Shown: positions 62,760-64,000 of the stretch, one piece after another
How positions within the stretch are numbered: the stretch's first letter is position 1
How the letters are laid out: each line of letters begins with the position of its first letter
Assembly (NCBI GenBank): GCA_052289195.1
Contig: DAWAJD010000005.1
Coordinates: 12,537 to 76,536, forward strand
Length of the DNA stretch: 64,000 bases
Direction of reading: 5' to 3'
DNA from: Butyricicoccaceae bacterium
GTDB lineage: Bacteria; Bacillota; Clostridia; Oscillospirales; Butyricicoccaceae
Translations under genes and position numbers: made by a program
The notes under the pieces: generated by a model
The model's database searches: none
What the model was told of the DNA's origin: nothing
Seen by the model: the letters and a program-made list of their open reading frames with translations, nothing else

Positions 62760-63995
62760 ATGAACTGTGAGCTGTTGGCCGTGGGGACGGAGCTGCTGCT
62801 GGGCGAGATCGCCAATACCGACGGTCAGATGATCGCCCAGGGGCTCAGCGAGCACGGCATCAATGTTTATTGGCAGACGGTGGTGGGGGATAACCCGGGC
62901 CGTCTGCGGCAGGCGCTGGACATCGCCCGGAGCCGGGCGGATATCATCATCACCACCGGCGGGCTGGGGCCCACGGCCGACGACCTCACCAAGGAGACCG
63001 TGGCCGCCGCCTTCGGCAAAAGGCTCTATACCGATCCGGAGCAGCTGGCCCGGCTGAAGGAGCGTATGGGCCCGCGGATGACGCCCAACAACCTGAAGCA
63101 GGCGGACCTGCCCGAGGGCTGCACCGTTTTGGAAAACGACTGGGGGACGGCGCCGGGCTGTGCCTTTGCGGCAAGCGGCATCCATGTGATCATGCTGCCC
63201 GGCCCGCCCCGGGAGTGCCGGCCCATGTTTCTTTACCGGGCGGTGCCCTATCTGGAAAAGCTTCAGGGCGGCGTTATCGGGAGCCGGTATGTGAAGATCT
63301 TCGGCGTGGGTGAAAGCTCCATGGAGACGCTGGTCAAGCCCCTGATGGATCGGCTGGAGGGCGTTACCATGGCCCCCTACGCCAAGGAGGGCGAATGTGA
63401 GCTTCGCATCACCGCCCGGGCGGAGACAAAGGAGGCCGCGCTGGCCCTCTGCGATCCGGTGGTGGCGCAGGTAAGGGATATTCTTGGAACGCATGTGTAT
63501 GGTGTGGATGTTTCCTCATTGGAGGAACGGGTGGTGCAGGGCCTGCGGCAGCAGGGCCTCACGATCGCGCTGGCGGAGAGCTGCACCGGCGGCCTGGTCG
63601 CCAAGCGCATCACGGATATCGCGGGGGCCTCGGAGGTGTTTGGCTTTGGCTGCGTCACCTATAGCAACGCGGCCAAGCAGCGGCTGCTGGGCGTCTCGGC
63701 GGAGACGCTGGAGCGCTGCACCGCCGTCAGCGAGCAGACGGCGCTGGAGATGGCAAGAGGCGTCCGGGCGCTCAGCGGCGCGGATATCGGCCTCAGCGTC
63801 ACCGGCTATGCGGGCCCGGGCGGCGGCACGGAGGAGCACCCGGTGGGAACGGTCTTCATCGGGCTCAGCTGGGCGGGCGGAGAACGGGTGGTCTGCCCGG
63901 AGCGGCGCTATATGCGCTCCCGGGAGCAGGTCCGCCGGTCTGCCGCCAGCCACGCGCTGGATCTGGTGCGGCGGGAGGTGCTGGAGCGGGCATGA
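62760..63995 (+). CDS. cinA: Competence/damage-inducible protein CinA (MoCF-binding plus PncC deamidase domains)
   Basis: 411 aa with AVGTELLLGEIANTDG, ITTGGLGPTADDLT and a C-terminal CinA domain (ESCTGGL...). The next gene starts at an overlapping ATGA at 63992. Confidence 0.9.
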   Translation: MNCELLAVGTELLLGEIANTDGQMIAQGLSEHGINVYWQTVVGDNPGRLRQALDIARSRADIIITTGGLGPTADDLTKETVAAAFGKRLYTDPEQLARLKERMGPRMTPNNLKQADLPEGCTVLENDWGTAPGCAFAASGIHVIMLPGPPRECRPMFLYRAVPYLEKLQGGVIGSRYVKIFGVGESSMETLVKPLMDRLEGVTMAPYAKEGECELRITARAETKEAALALCDPVVAQVRDILGTHVYGVDVSSLEERVVQGLRQQGLTIALAESCTGGLVAKRITDIAGASEVFGFGCVTYSNAAKQRLLGVSAETLERCTAVSEQTALEMARGVRALSGADIGLSVTGYAGPGGGTEEHPVGTVFIGLSWAGGERVVCPERRYMRSREQVRRSAASHALDLVRREVLERA

Positions 63996-64000
63996 GCCAC

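Noticed and set aside
1-64000. Diversity-generating retroelement, retron, prophage or toxin-polymorphism cassette associated with the giant surface proteins
   Set aside because: No reverse transcriptase, phage structural or terminase genes, template/variable repeat pairs or rhs/cdi-type motifs were seen in any frame.

Overview
High-GC (about 60% by eye) Firmicutes/Clostridia-type chromosomal segment, probably Oscillospiraceae-like. Most of it is ordinary housekeeping DNA. It carries two amino-acid ABC transporter operons (a polar amino-acid type and a LivJHMGF type). It carries a zapA-U32-dut-maf-mreCD-PBP2-minD-mgsA morphogenesis block. It carries a T-box-controlled hisS-aspS operon, rnhA, nifS-nifU, a CIRCE-controlled hsp20 and a TetR/GNAT/ABC exporter cluster. 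It also carries ruvAB, glmM, the glmS ribozyme plus glmS, a Clp ATPase, gltX-glnS, a cysteine desulfurase with thiI, and cinA. The one clearly accessory stretch lies between tRNA-Thr(CGT) at 6822-6897 and zapA at 20264. It starts with a decayed integrative/conjugative element remnant: a chimeric RepA_N::NlpC/P60 ORF with internal 23-bp iteron-like repeats, a promoter-equipped two-gene VapD-like module, a divergent XRE/SLOG (YpsA-like) module, a shortened tyrosine recombinase, and a 5'-truncated DHHW gene. It continues with a two-gene operon encoding a 2107-aa dockerin-tagged S8 protease and a three-cohesin scaffoldin. I regard that operon and the two small ICE-borne modules as the most interesting candidates. 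I found no CRISPR array, rRNA, reverse transcriptase or intact transposase. All family calls come from reading the translated ORFs and recalling motifs; no database search was run. Most long antisense ORFs in the track are GC-driven shadow ORFs.
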